A DNA stretch of 64,000 nucleotides from Planctomycetota bacterium (GCA_020848275.1 JADLAK010000012.1:37301-101300), one strand, 5' to 3'; positions 46,467-56,181 are shown, counted from the stretch's first letter. Notes: a model not told the origin generated them from the letters alone. Numbers and translations are program-made.

Positions 46467-47882
46467 ATGAAACCATTTTCGCCTCTGCCTGCCGCCGCAC
46501 GCGCCTCGGGCGCTGTGCTCTGGCTTTGCGTGGCGCTGTTGATGGCCGGCGCGATGTGGGTCGGCTGCTACGGCCATCCCCTGGCCGATGACTTCACCTA
46601 CGCCAGCGCCGCGCGCCTGGGCGATTTCCTGGCCGTGCAGGCGAACATCTACAACAGCTGGAGCGCACGCGTTTCCTCCAACGTGCTTTGCTGCCTGTTC
46701 CTGGCCGAGACGCCGCTGTGGGGTTATCGCGTGATCGCGCCGGTGATGCTCATGGGGCTGGTACTGGGCTTTTACGCTTTCGTCAGCGCAGCCGGGCCGC
46801 GTGCATTGACGCCCGCGCGCCGTTGGACCGCTGCACTGGTGTTGGCGGCGCTGTTTTACCTCGGCGCGCCGTCGACGCGCGAAGGCTTCTACTGGGCTTC
46901 GGGTGCGCTGAACTACCTTCCGGCGATGATCGGCGCGCTGCTTGGCGCAGCAATGCTGTTGGGCCGCGCCCCGCCACGAGCGTGGCATTGGCCCGCGGTT
47001 TTCCTCTGCGCGACGTTCACGGGGCTGTGCAATGAAAGCGCCTTGTTCGTCGAATCGCTGGTGCTGATGGTCGGCGCCACTTGGGCGTTTTTGCGACGCT
47101 CGCCCGCGCGTTGGCTCTGGCTTGCTGCGCTGGCGGGTTGCGGCGCGGCGGTCATCGTCGAATTGCTTTGCCCGGGCATTCGCCACCGATCGGAGATTTA
47201 TGCCAACTCAAGGCAATTTCTCTGGTCCTTCCGCGAGTCTTGGGCATGGATGTTCCGCTTGTTCTTGCGGGCGTTGGGCAGCGTGGGACTTTGGGGCGCG
47301 ACCCTGCTCTTTCTGCCCTGGCTGGTGCGCGCCGGCGGCCGCCTGCGGCGCTGGCGTCTGAGCCCGCTGTGGGCGGCACTGTTTGTGGCAGCGTGGATAG
47401 CGCTGATGGCAGCGGTGCTCTTTCCGATTCACTACGTCTCGGGCGTCAATCCTCCGGGCCGTATCCAGAATCTCTTCTACTTCATTTTCCTGCTGGGCTG
47501 GTTTCCTACGGCGGCGGTGGCGGTTTCATGGCTCTTGCGCCTAAAGCCCATGCGCGTCGCCGCAGGGGCATTCGCCCGCCGCAGTTTCATCGCGATAAGT
47601 GTGTTTGCCCTCGTGGTTGCGGCGGGAATGTTCGCCAACGGCACGTTCAAACGGCTGGCCGAGGACATTATGAGACGAGGGCCATCCTTTGACGCGCAGA
47701 TGCGCCTGCGCCTGGAGATGATTACATCGGTTCGCGGCAGCCATGCGGACCTGATCGTCCCGGCGCTCAAGGATCCCCCGGACATCATCGGGTTTCACGA
47801 CCTGACAGCGAACGCCCAGGACTGGCACAATCGCAGCATGGCCGATTACTACGGGCTGCGCAGCATCCGCACCGGTCCCTAG
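46467..47882 (+). CDS. Polytopic integral membrane protein (about 470 aa), hypothetical (glycosyltransferase-39/arabinosyltransferase-like topology).
   Basis: More than 10 predicted hydrophobic helices, rich in W/F/L. The ORF could alternatively start at 46413. Confidence 0.5.
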   Translation: MKPFSPLPAAARASGAVLWLCVALLMAGAMWVGCYGHPLADDFTYASAARLGDFLAVQANIYNSWSARVSSNVLCCLFLAETPLWGYRVIAPVMLMGLVLGFYAFVSAAGPRALTPARRWTAALVLAALFYLGAPSTREGFYWASGALNYLPAMIGALLGAAMLLGRAPPRAWHWPAVFLCATFTGLCNESALFVESLVLMVGATWAFLRRSPARWLWLAALAGCGAAVIVELLCPGIRHRSEIYANSRQFLWSFRESWAWMFRLFLRALGSVGLWGATLLFLPWLVRAGGRLRRWRLSPLWAALFVAAWIALMAAVLFPIHYVSGVNPPGRIQNLFYFIFLLGWFPTAAVAVSWLLRLKPMRVAAGAFARRSFIAISVFALVVAAGMFANGTFKRLAEDIMRRGPSFDAQMRLRLEMITSVRGSHADLIVPALKDPPDIIGFHDLTANAQDWHNRSMADYYGLRSIRTGP

Positions 47883-47986
47883 GCGTTGCCGTGGCGGCGC
47901 TTGTTCTGTACCGTCGCAGGCGCAGGGGACTGTCCCAGCGAGCATAGCGAGCGTGCGGACTGTCCCCGTCTCATGACGGGCATAGC

Positions 47987-49288
47987 ATGAAACAAACCAC
48001 GCTGAAATCAGCCGTGTCTCTTAAAGGCACGTCGCTCCACGAAGGCCACGAAGTCACGCTCACGCTCAAGCCCGGTGCCGCCAACGAGGGATACAAACTC
48101 GTGCGCACGGACAAAGCCGGCGCGACCATCCGCGTGCATCCGGACAACATCGCCGAGGCCCAGCGCCGCACGTTGCTGCGCGAGAACAACGTCGAAGTCC
48201 ACACCGTCGAGCACGTCTTGAGCGCCCTATACGGTTGCGGCGTCGACAATGCGATCATCGAGCTTTCGGCCGCCGAGCCGCCCGCGGGCGACGGCAGCGC
48301 CAAAGCTTTCACGGACATGATTGACCAGTCCGGCGTCGCCGAACTCGCGGCGGAGGCGGTTGTGTTCACGCCTACGGCGCCGTTGGCGTTCAGCGAAGGC
48401 AAAGCGACGCTGAGTTGTATCCCCGGCGGCGATGCCAAGACGCTTGCCGTCGAATACGTCCTCGACTACGGTGTGCCGCACCTGCCGCTGATGCGTTGCG
48501 GTTATGCGATCACGCCCGACGTTTATCGCAAGGAAGTCGGCCCCGCGCGCACGTTCTGCCTTGAAGAAGAAGCGAAAGCCCTGCAGGCGATGGGTTTTGG
48601 CAAGGGCGCGAACACCAAAAACACGCTGGTGGTTGGCAAAACCGGCGTGCTCGAAAACACGTTGCAGTTCAAAGATGAATTCTGCCGCCACAAGCTGCTG
48701 GACGTGGTGGGGGATCTCGCTGTCACTGGCCTGCGTTTGAACGCGCAGCTGACGGCGCTGCGCAGCGGCCATTCGCTGAACCAAAAGATGGCCAAGGCCA
48801 TTCGCGCGCAATATGACGCGGCGAAAACAAAGCCGTCGGGGGTCGGCGCGCTGGACATCCAGGGTGTGTTGAAGGTGGCGCCGCACCGCTATCCCTTCCT
48901 CATGGTTGACAGGGTGCTGGAGTGCGAGGGCACGCACGTCGTGGGTATCAAGAATGTGACGTACAACGAGCCGTGCTTTGCGGGCCATTTCCCGGGCCGG
49001 CCGATTTTCCCGGGCGTGCTGCAGATTGAGGCGCTGGCGCAGGTCGGCGGCCTGCTGGTGCTGCGCAAGCCTGAACACGCGGGCAAACTCGCGTTCTTTA
49101 CCAGCGTCGATGAGGTGAAGTTCCGCCGCCTTGTGGTGCCGGGCGATCAGCTGATGCTCGAGGCCGAGTTGCTGCGCGACCGCCGTGGCTTCGCCGAAAT
49201 CAAGGCGCGCGCGACCGTCGACGGCGAACTTTGCTGCGAGGGATTGCTCAAGTTCATGGTCGTGGACGAAAAGAGCCAGACCAAGTAG
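47987..49288 (+). CDS. lpxC: Bifunctional LpxC (UDP-3-O-acyl-GlcNAc deacetylase) / FabZ (3-hydroxyacyl-ACP dehydratase) fusion.
   Basis: LpxC blocks (HTVEHVLSALYGCGVDNAIIEL...EFCRHKLLDVVGDL). FabZ hot-dog blocks (LPHRYPFLMVDRVLE...FFAGHFPGRPIFPGVLQIEALAQ). Confidence 0.9.
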   Translation: MKQTTLKSAVSLKGTSLHEGHEVTLTLKPGAANEGYKLVRTDKAGATIRVHPDNIAEAQRRTLLRENNVEVHTVEHVLSALYGCGVDNAIIELSAAEPPAGDGSAKAFTDMIDQSGVAELAAEAVVFTPTAPLAFSEGKATLSCIPGGDAKTLAVEYVLDYGVPHLPLMRCGYAITPDVYRKEVGPARTFCLEEEAKALQAMGFGKGANTKNTLVVGKTGVLENTLQFKDEFCRHKLLDVVGDLAVTGLRLNAQLTALRSGHSLNQKMAKAIRAQYDAAKTKPSGVGALDIQGVLKVAPHRYPFLMVDRVLECEGTHVVGIKNVTYNEPCFAGHFPGRPIFPGVLQIEALAQVGGLLVLRKPEHAGKLAFFTSVDEVKFRRLVVPGDQLMLEAELLRDRRGFAEIKARATVDGELCCEGLLKFMVVDEKSQTK

Positions 49289-49383
49289 GCCCTATTGGAC
49301 GGCAGGCCGCCAAAAAGCTAAGGTGTTGCCCCGTCAAGGGTGTGTCAGAAACTCAGGGCGGCGCCGCACGGCGCTGGGCAGAC

Positions 49384-50427
49384 GTGGCGGACAAACCTCC
49401 GGTCAAAATCGCAGTCATCGGCGTCGGGCACCTCGGCAAGAACCACGCGCGCGTGTTGCGCGAGCTTCCGACGGCGGAACTCGTCGCCGTTGTCGATTCG
49501 CGCGAAAAAGTCGCCAAGGAAATCGCCGAACGCTTCCACTGTGAAGCACTCACCGATTACAAGGCCCTCAAGGGCCGCGTTGACGCCGCAACCGTGGTTG
49601 TCCCGACCAAGCACCATTTCGGCGTCGCAAGCTGGCTATTCGAAAACGGCATCCACGCGCTGGTCGAAAAACCGATGGCGTATACGGTTGATGAGTGCCG
49701 CAAGCTCATCGACATGGCCAAGAAGCACAAGCGCCTGCTGCAGGTCGGGCATATTGAACGGTTCAATCCCGCCCTGACGAGCATTCGCAACGCTATGAAG
49801 ACCGTTGCGTTCATCGAGGCTGACCGCCTCAGCCCTTATCCTTTCCGCAGTACCGACGTCGGCGTGGTCATGGATGTCATGATCCACGACCTCGACATCG
49901 TGCTCAGCATCGCGAACTCGGAGGTCGAGGAAATCCGCGCCGTATGTACCCCGGTGCTGTCCAAGCGCTTTGAGGACATCGCTAGTGCGCGCCTGACTTT
50001 CAAGAGCGGTGCCGTGGCGAATATCACGGCCAGCCGCATCAGCGACAAGAGCGTGCGCAAAATGCGCATCTTCTGTGCCGACAGCTACCTGAACCTCGAC
50101 TTTGCGGCCAAGCAGGCGTGGATCTACAAAAAGACACCCAAGCTCGACCAGGCGGACTTCCACGTGGAAAACCTGGACGTCAGCAACATCGATAACTTGA
50201 TGCAGTTTGTGTTCAACGACCTGATCCGGGTTGAGCAGGTCGTGATCGGCGAGGAAGAGCCGTTAAAGGAAGAGCTGCGTGCGTTTGTGAAGTCGATCCA
50301 GAACGGCGAGCGCCCGGTGGTCGGCGGCGAAGAGGGCCTCGCGGCGATCCAGCTTGCCCATGACATCCTGAAGTCGGCCCGCGACCATTACGAGAAACAC
50401 GTGCCCGACGAACATCGAAAGTGGTAG
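49384..50427 (+). CDS. Gfo/Idh/MocA-family NAD(P)-dependent oxidoreductase; possibly a GnnA-like UDP-GlcNAc 3-dehydrogenase given the lipid A gene context. Start uncertain (GTG at 49384, or upstream ATG at 49231).
   Basis: Rossmann motif IAVIGVGHLGKNHARVL. Conserved EKP motif (ALVEKPMA). Adjacent to lpxC/fabZ. Confidence 0.7.
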   Translation: MADKPPVKIAVIGVGHLGKNHARVLRELPTAELVAVVDSREKVAKEIAERFHCEALTDYKALKGRVDAATVVVPTKHHFGVASWLFENGIHALVEKPMAYTVDECRKLIDMAKKHKRLLQVGHIERFNPALTSIRNAMKTVAFIEADRLSPYPFRSTDVGVVMDVMIHDLDIVLSIANSEVEEIRAVCTPVLSKRFEDIASARLTFKSGAVANITASRISDKSVRKMRIFCADSYLNLDFAAKQAWIYKKTPKLDQADFHVENLDVSNIDNLMQFVFNDLIRVEQVVIGEEEPLKEELRAFVKSIQNGERPVVGGEEGLAAIQLAHDILKSARDHYEKHVPDEHRKW

Positions 50428-50447
50428 TAGCCTCAGCGAACTCAAAC

Positions 50448-50478
50448 GAGAGCCGCCAACTGGCGGCTCTCGTTGTTT
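50448..50478 (+). terminator. Rho-independent terminator.
   Basis: GAGAGCCGCC-aact-GGCGGCTCTC followed by GTTGTTT. Confidence 0.6.
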
Positions 50479-50902
50479 CAGTTACCCGGGGGCGTCTATT
50501 GGTCCCGAAAAGGGTTCCCGTACGGTAGCGCGGGAACGATTGGTTGCGGCCGCATTTGGTTACGGGACGGTTCCAAAACGTGTCCGGGCCCGGGAACATC
50601 GGTGTAAACGTATATACATCAATTGGTTATGGCCGTAACGCCGTCGGAGATGGCGCGAGCCCAATTAAGGCGCGGTGTCAGGAAACCTTGGACTCCATGC
50701 GGCGCGTAACCACAATATTTGATTGCGGTTATGCATGCAAGCTGGAGTGGCCGCGGTCGCAATTGTGGAAAACTATCTCTCAGGCGAGCAAGTCGGCAAA
50801 CTGACGCTTGAGATTGCGACCAATTGGAACGTCGCTTGCACTATGTGGCATGCTTTCAGCAATCTTTCTTGGTCCAATTTCTAGTTCCACGAGGAGAAAA
50901 CG

Positions 50903-52180
50903 ATGCGCAAGCTTCTGCTCAGCATCGCGGCACTCGGCCTTATGGCGGCTTTCGCAACGCCGCTGCTTGCACAGGGAGATGACGACGGCGGCGGCGGCTA
51001 CACGCCTCCCCCGGGTGGTCCTCCGCCGGGTGGTCCGCCCAGTCCCCCCAGTCCGCCTTCGCCTCCAGCGCCTCCGGGCGGTGGATATAACCCCACGCCT
51101 CCTTCAGGTGGCCCGGGTGGTTACGGCGGCCCTGGTGGTCCGTCGTATGGTGGCGGTTCGCAGTATCCGCCTCCGTCGACTCCCAATCCGCCGAGCAGCC
51201 CGCCGGCTTCACCGCCGCCCCCGGGCCCGCCGGTTCCTCCGCCTCAGGTTCCGCCTCCGGGTGGTGGTGGCGTTCCGGGTACCGTTCCTTCGGCACCGTC
51301 GAATCCGCAGCCCACGACTCCTACCACTCCGCCCCAGACGGGCCCCGGTGGTTTCGGAACTGCTCCGACGACTCCCAGCACTGTTCCGCCTGTGACCTCG
51401 CCGACCACGCCCAGCGTTCCGGGCTCCAGCGGCTCGACCCCGGGTGGCAATGGCATCCTCTCCAGCAAAGACGCAATGAGGAAGGAAGCCGTTGACCGTC
51501 CTGTTGGCACAGTTCACATCAAGATGCCCACCAGTGGCAGCACGGGCCAGGGCTCCGGCCCCGGCACGGGTACGCCCCCGGGCACCGGTGGTCTGCCTCC
51601 GGGCGAGACTCCTCCGGGCTCGCCTCCGGGCGAAGATCCGCCCACCTTCTATGGTGAGCCGGTCGAAGGTAAGTTCTGCTTTGTCCTTGATGCTTCTGGT
51701 TCGATGGCCGGTTCCCGCATCGCTTCGCTGCGGTCGGAAGCCACCAACACCATCGGCGCCTTGAGCGACAGCGACGAGTTCGACTGCATGTCCTACGGCA
51801 CGCAGTTCGCCGACTCGACGATGGAACTCTGGGGCGGCTTGCAGCCCGCAACTGACGGCAACAAGTCCGCTGCGACGAACTTCGTCAACGGTCCCGCCTG
51901 CAACCCGGGCGCCGGCACCCCGACGCACCGCGCCTTGGAGAAGGCTTGCAACATCTATCCCGAGGACCTGACCAAGATGTTTGTGCTGACCGACGGCGCG
52001 CCCAACGCGACCGGCTCGGCCAGCCAGATCCTGGCTCACTTCCCCGCCTGGTGGAGCAAGTTCCCCCAGGAAACCGTCCTGGTTTGCATCTGCATCGGCG
52101 GTGTAGGTGAAGCAGTCAACTTCATGCGCGATCTCGCTGCTTGCGACGATAGCACTGGAGTGTTCATCAACAGGCCGTAA
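50903..52180 (+). CDS. Secreted von Willebrand factor A (VWA) domain protein with a Pro/Gly-rich low-complexity linker of about 250 aa.
   Basis: Signal peptide MRKLLLSIAALGLMAAFATPLLAQG. PPxGGP repeats. VWA motif FVLDASGSMAG (MIDAS DxSxS) and MFVLTDGAPN. Confidence 0.7.
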   Translation: MRKLLLSIAALGLMAAFATPLLAQGDDDGGGGYTPPPGGPPPGGPPSPPSPPSPPAPPGGGYNPTPPSGGPGGYGGPGGPSYGGGSQYPPPSTPNPPSSPPASPPPPGPPVPPPQVPPPGGGGVPGTVPSAPSNPQPTTPTTPPQTGPGGFGTAPTTPSTVPPVTSPTTPSVPGSSGSTPGGNGILSSKDAMRKEAVDRPVGTVHIKMPTSGSTGQGSGPGTGTPPGTGGLPPGETPPGSPPGEDPPTFYGEPVEGKFCFVLDASGSMAGSRIASLRSEATNTIGALSDSDEFDCMSYGTQFADSTMELWGGLQPATDGNKSAATNFVNGPACNPGAGTPTHRALEKACNIYPEDLTKMFVLTDGAPNATGSASQILAHFPAWWSKFPQETVLVCICIGGVGEAVNFMRDLAACDDSTGVFINRP

Positions 52181-52331
52181 GAGCTGTACATGCTGAAAGC
52201 ACAGGGGAGAGCCTCACGGCTCTCCCCTTCTTTTGTGCTTCGCTTCGCCGCCGCGTAGTGGTTGTGTCACGAATGCGGATTAACAATTCTAATCGCGGTT
52301 TGCGCTTCAACTTGCGACGGCGACTTACAAA

Positions 52332-54404
52332 ATGCCCGGCGTGACGGCGGCTCTTCCAATCAAGTTCAACTTCCAGCGCGTCCTGGATGCAGGCGTGTCC
52401 GTTGTCGTCCTGCGCACTGCGGCACCCGCGGCCCTGCCGGGACCGGTTTCCGGCCTTGCGCAGGCCCTGGCGCGCTCGCGCGCCGAGGTTGTCGCGCTTG
52501 CAGCCGGGCCCTATCGTTATCCTTACGCCGCAGCGCTGGAACTTTCGCGCATGCTCAACGGCGGCAACCTGCCGGGCCCGGTGATGGGCGCGGAGAGCCT
52601 GTCGCGTTCGCGCCTCGCGCAGGCATTGCTGCCGCACCTCAAACGCCTGGTTGTTTTGCGCATCGCACGCCTGGAGTGGGTTGATACCGAAAGCCTCACG
52701 CTGCTTGCGGCGTTGATCGAGACCTCGCGCGCGATTGCGTCGGCGGGCCACAAGGGCCGCTGGTGGGCGGTTTGCGGCCTCGGTGCGGGCACCCCGACAG
52801 ACCGCATGGGGTCGCTGCTGGACCCCGCGCTGGCGCTTTGCAGCGACGTTGAGCCGCCCGCCCAGCTACCGGCTTCCGTCAGCCCGCAGGAGCGCAGGCT
52901 GATGGCGGTGCTTCATGCGGCGCCGCATCCGCTGCCGCTGCCGACGGCGTTTGCCTGCGCGGGCTTGTCAGAGGAAACTGCGGGCGTGGCGTTGCGTCGC
53001 CTTGCCGGCGCGCAACTCATCGATTCGGGGCCGCGCCTTGGGCTGGGTTGCGCAGCGGACACGGTGGCGCTGCAGGCGGACGAACTGAACCGTGCGCGTG
53101 CGGCGCTTACGGAATTCAGCGAAGCCGACGTCCCGGAGTCGCGCCTTGCGCTTGCGGGCGAGCAGGCGGGCAGCGTGTTGCGCGCGCTGTCGTGGCAGCT
53201 TGGCCAGCGCGCCCTTGAGGAAGGCGAGCCGAACCTTGCGCTGGCGCGTATGCGCCAAAGCGGAAAGCTCAGCGGGCGCGGATGCGACGAAATTATTTAT
53301 GCGCGGGCGTTGGCGCGCGTCGGCGCGCTCGATTCCGCGCTGGGCATCCTCGATCAATCGCGCCACGAACCCGCGGACGCGCGCATGCAGCTTGAGCAGG
53401 CGCGGCTGGCCTTTGACCTTGCGATGGCGGGGCGGGTTGGCGCGCGCGACGCCGAAAAAATCCTGCGCCGCGTCGAGCGCCTCGGGCGTTCAGGCCGCGG
53501 CATCGATTGTTGCATCGAAGTTCGCGCCATGCGCGCCGAGATCATGCTGCGCCGCAAGGATGTTCCCCGCGCCCTGGCGCTGTTGCGCCGCCGTCCGCCG
53601 GGAAGCCTGCAGACCGCTTCGCCCGCGGCGCGCCACCGCTTCCTCGTCGCCAAGGCGCGCACGTTGCTGGCATCGGGGCGCGCTACCGCCGCCCACCAGT
53701 GCCTTGACGAGTTGCGCGCCATCCCGCGCAGCGACGCCGAGATGCTGGCGGTCGAACACCTGGCGCTGGCGTCATTGCCCGGCCGCGACGAGGCCCTGGC
53801 GGCGCACAAGCGCGCCCTTGTGCTTGCGGCGCGTGTGCTCGATGCCCGCGCGGTGAGCGCCCACGCCCGGGCGCTCGGCGCCGAGGCGGTCGCGGTGCTT
53901 GCGTCGGTGCTCGGGCGCGCCGATGGCGCGGCGATGGCCGACGGCGGAGACCCGCGCCTGAACGCGGCCACGGCGTGGCATTGGTTTTCCGCGCGCGGCG
54001 CAACGCTGCTGGCGACGCTCGAGGGCGAGCACGCATCGATTTTTCCGCCGGAGGCACGCGCCAACCCCGGCCTGTGCGCTTGGCTTAAAGTCGTGTTGTC
54101 GCGCGTCGGCCGCCACGCGGGCGCGCAACTTATCCAGCTTTCGCCCATCCCTAATGCCGGGAATTTCGGCGGCGACCTGCTGCTGGTGTCGCCGGGTTTC
54201 GGCCGCGTCGGGCCCACGGTGGTCGCGCTCAAGCGTGAGCAGTTCAGCGACTCGACCGAACTCCTGCGTGTTGCCAGCGACCCGCGCGCGTTGCTGCAGC
54301 GTGCGCTGGACGGCGGCGAACTTGAACCCGCCGCACTGCGCGCCTGGCTCGACGATTGGGAACGCGCCCGCTTCCCCGACATCTCGGCCCAGCATGCCCG
54401 CTGA
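52332..54404 (+). CDS. Hypothetical Ala/Leu/Arg-rich protein (690 aa).
   Basis: Longest ORF in the region and co-directional with the next gene, which it overlaps by 11 nt. No recognisable motif. The high-GC composition makes frame assignment less certain. Confidence 0.4.
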   Translation: MPGVTAALPIKFNFQRVLDAGVSVVVLRTAAPAALPGPVSGLAQALARSRAEVVALAAGPYRYPYAAALELSRMLNGGNLPGPVMGAESLSRSRLAQALLPHLKRLVVLRIARLEWVDTESLTLLAALIETSRAIASAGHKGRWWAVCGLGAGTPTDRMGSLLDPALALCSDVEPPAQLPASVSPQERRLMAVLHAAPHPLPLPTAFACAGLSEETAGVALRRLAGAQLIDSGPRLGLGCAADTVALQADELNRARAALTEFSEADVPESRLALAGEQAGSVLRALSWQLGQRALEEGEPNLALARMRQSGKLSGRGCDEIIYARALARVGALDSALGILDQSRHEPADARMQLEQARLAFDLAMAGRVGARDAEKILRRVERLGRSGRGIDCCIEVRAMRAEIMLRRKDVPRALALLRRRPPGSLQTASPAARHRFLVAKARTLLASGRATAAHQCLDELRAIPRSDAEMLAVEHLALASLPGRDEALAAHKRALVLAARVLDARAVSAHARALGAEAVAVLASVLGRADGAAMADGGDPRLNAATAWHWFSARGATLLATLEGEHASIFPPEARANPGLCAWLKVVLSRVGRHAGAQLIQLSPIPNAGNFGGDLLLVSPGFGRVGPTVVALKREQFSDSTELLRVASDPRALLQRALDGGELEPAALRAWLDDWERARFPDISAQHAR

Positions 54405-55137
54405 TTCTCCCGAAGCCCTCCTGCGCCGCGCGCTCGACCAGGCGCTGGCGCTCACGCCGCCGCACTACGGCATGGACCGCAGGGCTTACGTCTCGCGGTT
54501 GCATGAACTTGCGGCGGGCATCGAATCGCTGCGCAAGGCGGTGAAGGCCAAGGACCGCAAGGACTTGCCTGAAATCAGCGGCGTGAACCAGTTGGTCGAT
54601 CTTTCGGGCAAAGATTTCACGCGCCAGCGCGAGGAAATCGTCGCCGAACTGCAGGCGCTGGCCGAAAAACTGATGGCGCGCATGCGCAGCGCCCCGCCGG
54701 AGCTGATCGAGGCCCTGCGCGCCGTCGGCGGCGAGGCTTCCGCGGCGCTTGAACGCGACGCGCACGAGGCGTGGCGCAGTTTTCATTCGGGCGCGTACAA
54801 GGCCGCCGTCGTGATGGCCGGCGCGACGCTCGAGGGGTTAATCCAGGAAGCCTGCGCGAGGCTGCCGCAAGCGGCGGCGATCCATGCGCGGCTGTTTGCG
54901 GGCCGCGCGGGCGACAAGCAGCCGCGCAGCTTTACCGTCGATGAAGGTTTGAGCGTGCTGCGCGAGGCGGGGAAGTTGACTTCAGCGATCACGCACGTGG
55001 GCCGCGGGCTCAAGGAGATGCGCAACCTCGTGCACCCGGATGTGCAGCGCCGCCAGCGTGCGCCAATTTCCGCCAGCCACGCAACGCTGGCGTTACAGGC
55101 CCTTTGCACCCTGGCCGAAGAGCTTGCCCGGGCCTAG
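54394..55137 (+). CDS. Hypothetical protein (247 aa). Its last 7 codons are duplicated at 58021-58044.
   Basis: Start MPADSPEALL overlaps the upstream gene. The C-terminus ...LAEELARA* is repeated downstream of the mcrBC cassette. Confidence 0.4.
   Translation: MPADSPEALLRRALDQALALTPPHYGMDRRAYVSRLHELAAGIESLRKAVKAKDRKDLPEISGVNQLVDLSGKDFTRQREEIVAELQALAEKLMARMRSAPPELIEALRAVGGEASAALERDAHEAWRSFHSGAYKAAVVMAGATLEGLIQEACARLPQAAAIHARLFAGRAGDKQPRSFTVDEGLSVLREAGKLTSAITHVGRGLKEMRNLVHPDVQRRQRAPISASHATLALQALCTLAEELARA
55111..55131 (+). repeat. Left copy of a 21-bp direct repeat (CTGGCCGAAGAGCTTGCCCGG) flanking the McrBC cassette.
   Basis: Matches 58021-58041 (CTGGCAGAAGAGCTTGCCCGG) at 20 of 21 positions. 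Both copies are followed in frame by TAG. Confidence 0.8.
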
Positions 55138-55149
55138 GAAACGTCGCAG

Positions 55150-56181
55150 CTACGCGGGAAGCAGGCCCATTAACCGTCGCCGCACTTCCGGCCACGGACA
55201 GTTAAGATCGACGGTACAGACCCGAATGCGCTGGCCATGCACGCGATATTCAAGGTCAAGCGTTCGATCCACAGTCGGATACAGCAAAATGCCTTCGACG
55301 TCCCGCAAGGGGTCGCCGCGTCGCAGCATGTTCACAACGTAGATATAGAGTTGATTTAGGTTGTCGCTGCGAACCCTGTTACCGCCGAAGCGATTCTCGG
55401 CGAGCGATTGGCCATAGAACTTCGCATCAATCACCACGACGCGTGAATCCCTGCACAGGGTTACATCCGTCTCCAAGCGCGGCAAGAAGGCTAGGTCCTC
55501 GTCGCTCGCCTCGACATCGTGCCAATTGAAGTGCCGGTCGCCTTCGTACCAATCACGGCATTCACGCCTATAGAAATTCCGCACGAAGGCTTCGAAAAGT
55601 CTTTCGAGTTCTGTGTCCGAGAAGTCTGAGAATTTCAAGCTGCCATCGCGCTGATCCGGGAACATGTGGTCGAAGATGAATCGACATATGCGCAGCAGCA
55701 ACGCGTAGCGCGGGCCACTGCGCTGCAACATGGCTGAGTGAAAGTGATCGGAGTTCAGCGGAATCTCGCCGATAGAACGAAGGCGGCGATCAAGGCCGCT
55801 GAGTTGCGCCGCTAAGCCTTCGTCGAGGTCTGCGCGACGAAGCAGGCGAAGGATGGTAGTTCGCACGATCTGGTTGCTCAGAGTGTCATGGTTGAGGTCG
55901 TCAAAGCGGCAGAAGGTGCGGCCTTGCGGTAATACCAGTGCTTTGACCGATTCGCCAAAATCGATGCGCCCGCGCAGCCCCGCAACTTGCTCAGATTGCG
56001 TTGCATATTCCCGCCTCAGGCCGCGTCGCAACTGGTCATCCATGCCATGGATAAGCACGCGTGCGAACAAGTCCATCAACGTTGTTGGGCCTGCAACGTC
56101 GGCGGCCACAGCGTCCCCTACGTCAAGGAAGTCCCAGGCGTACAGCAGCAGGTAATAGATGTTGGCTATCGGAATATTCAT
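55150..56181 (-). CDS. mcrC: McrC-like PD-(D/E)xK nuclease subunit of an McrBC-type modification-dependent (type IV) restriction system.
   Basis: N-terminal IPIANIYYLLLYAWD block typical of McrC. PD-(D/E)xK core ...VVIDAKFY. 4-nt overlap with mcrB. Confidence 0.7.
   Translation of the reverse strand: MNIPIANIYYLLLYAWDFLDVGDAVAADVAGPTTLMDLFARVLIHGMDDQLRRGLRREYATQSEQVAGLRGRIDFGESVKALVLPQGRTFCRFDDLNHDTLSNQIVRTTILRLLRRADLDEGLAAQLSGLDRRLRSIGEIPLNSDHFHSAMLQRSGPRYALLLRICRFIFDHMFPDQRDGSLKFSDFSDTELERLFEAFVRNFYRRECRDWYEGDRHFNWHDVEASDEDLAFLPRLETDVTLCRDSRVVVIDAKFYGQSLAENRFGGNRVRSDNLNQLYIYVVNMLRRGDPLRDVEGILLYPTVDRTLDLEYRVHGQRIRVCTVDLNCPWPEVRRRLMGLLPA

Noticed and set aside
45177-47186. Minus-strand ORFs 45177..46121 and 46404..47186
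   Set aside because: Arg/His/Ala-rich artefacts antisense to the signal-peptide and membrane-protein genes.
51000-51460. CCGCC/CCTCC-rich repetitive DNA that looked like a non-coding simple-sequence repeat
   Set aside because: It is in-frame coding sequence for the Pro/Gly-rich linker of the VWA protein (50903..52180). The many short ORFs in other frames here are artefacts.
53354-54382. 342-aa minus-strand ORF opposite the 690-aa hypothetical gene
   Set aside because: Ser/Ala/Arg-rich low-complexity translation. The plus-strand frame is longer and is translationally linked to the following gene. Both are low confidence.
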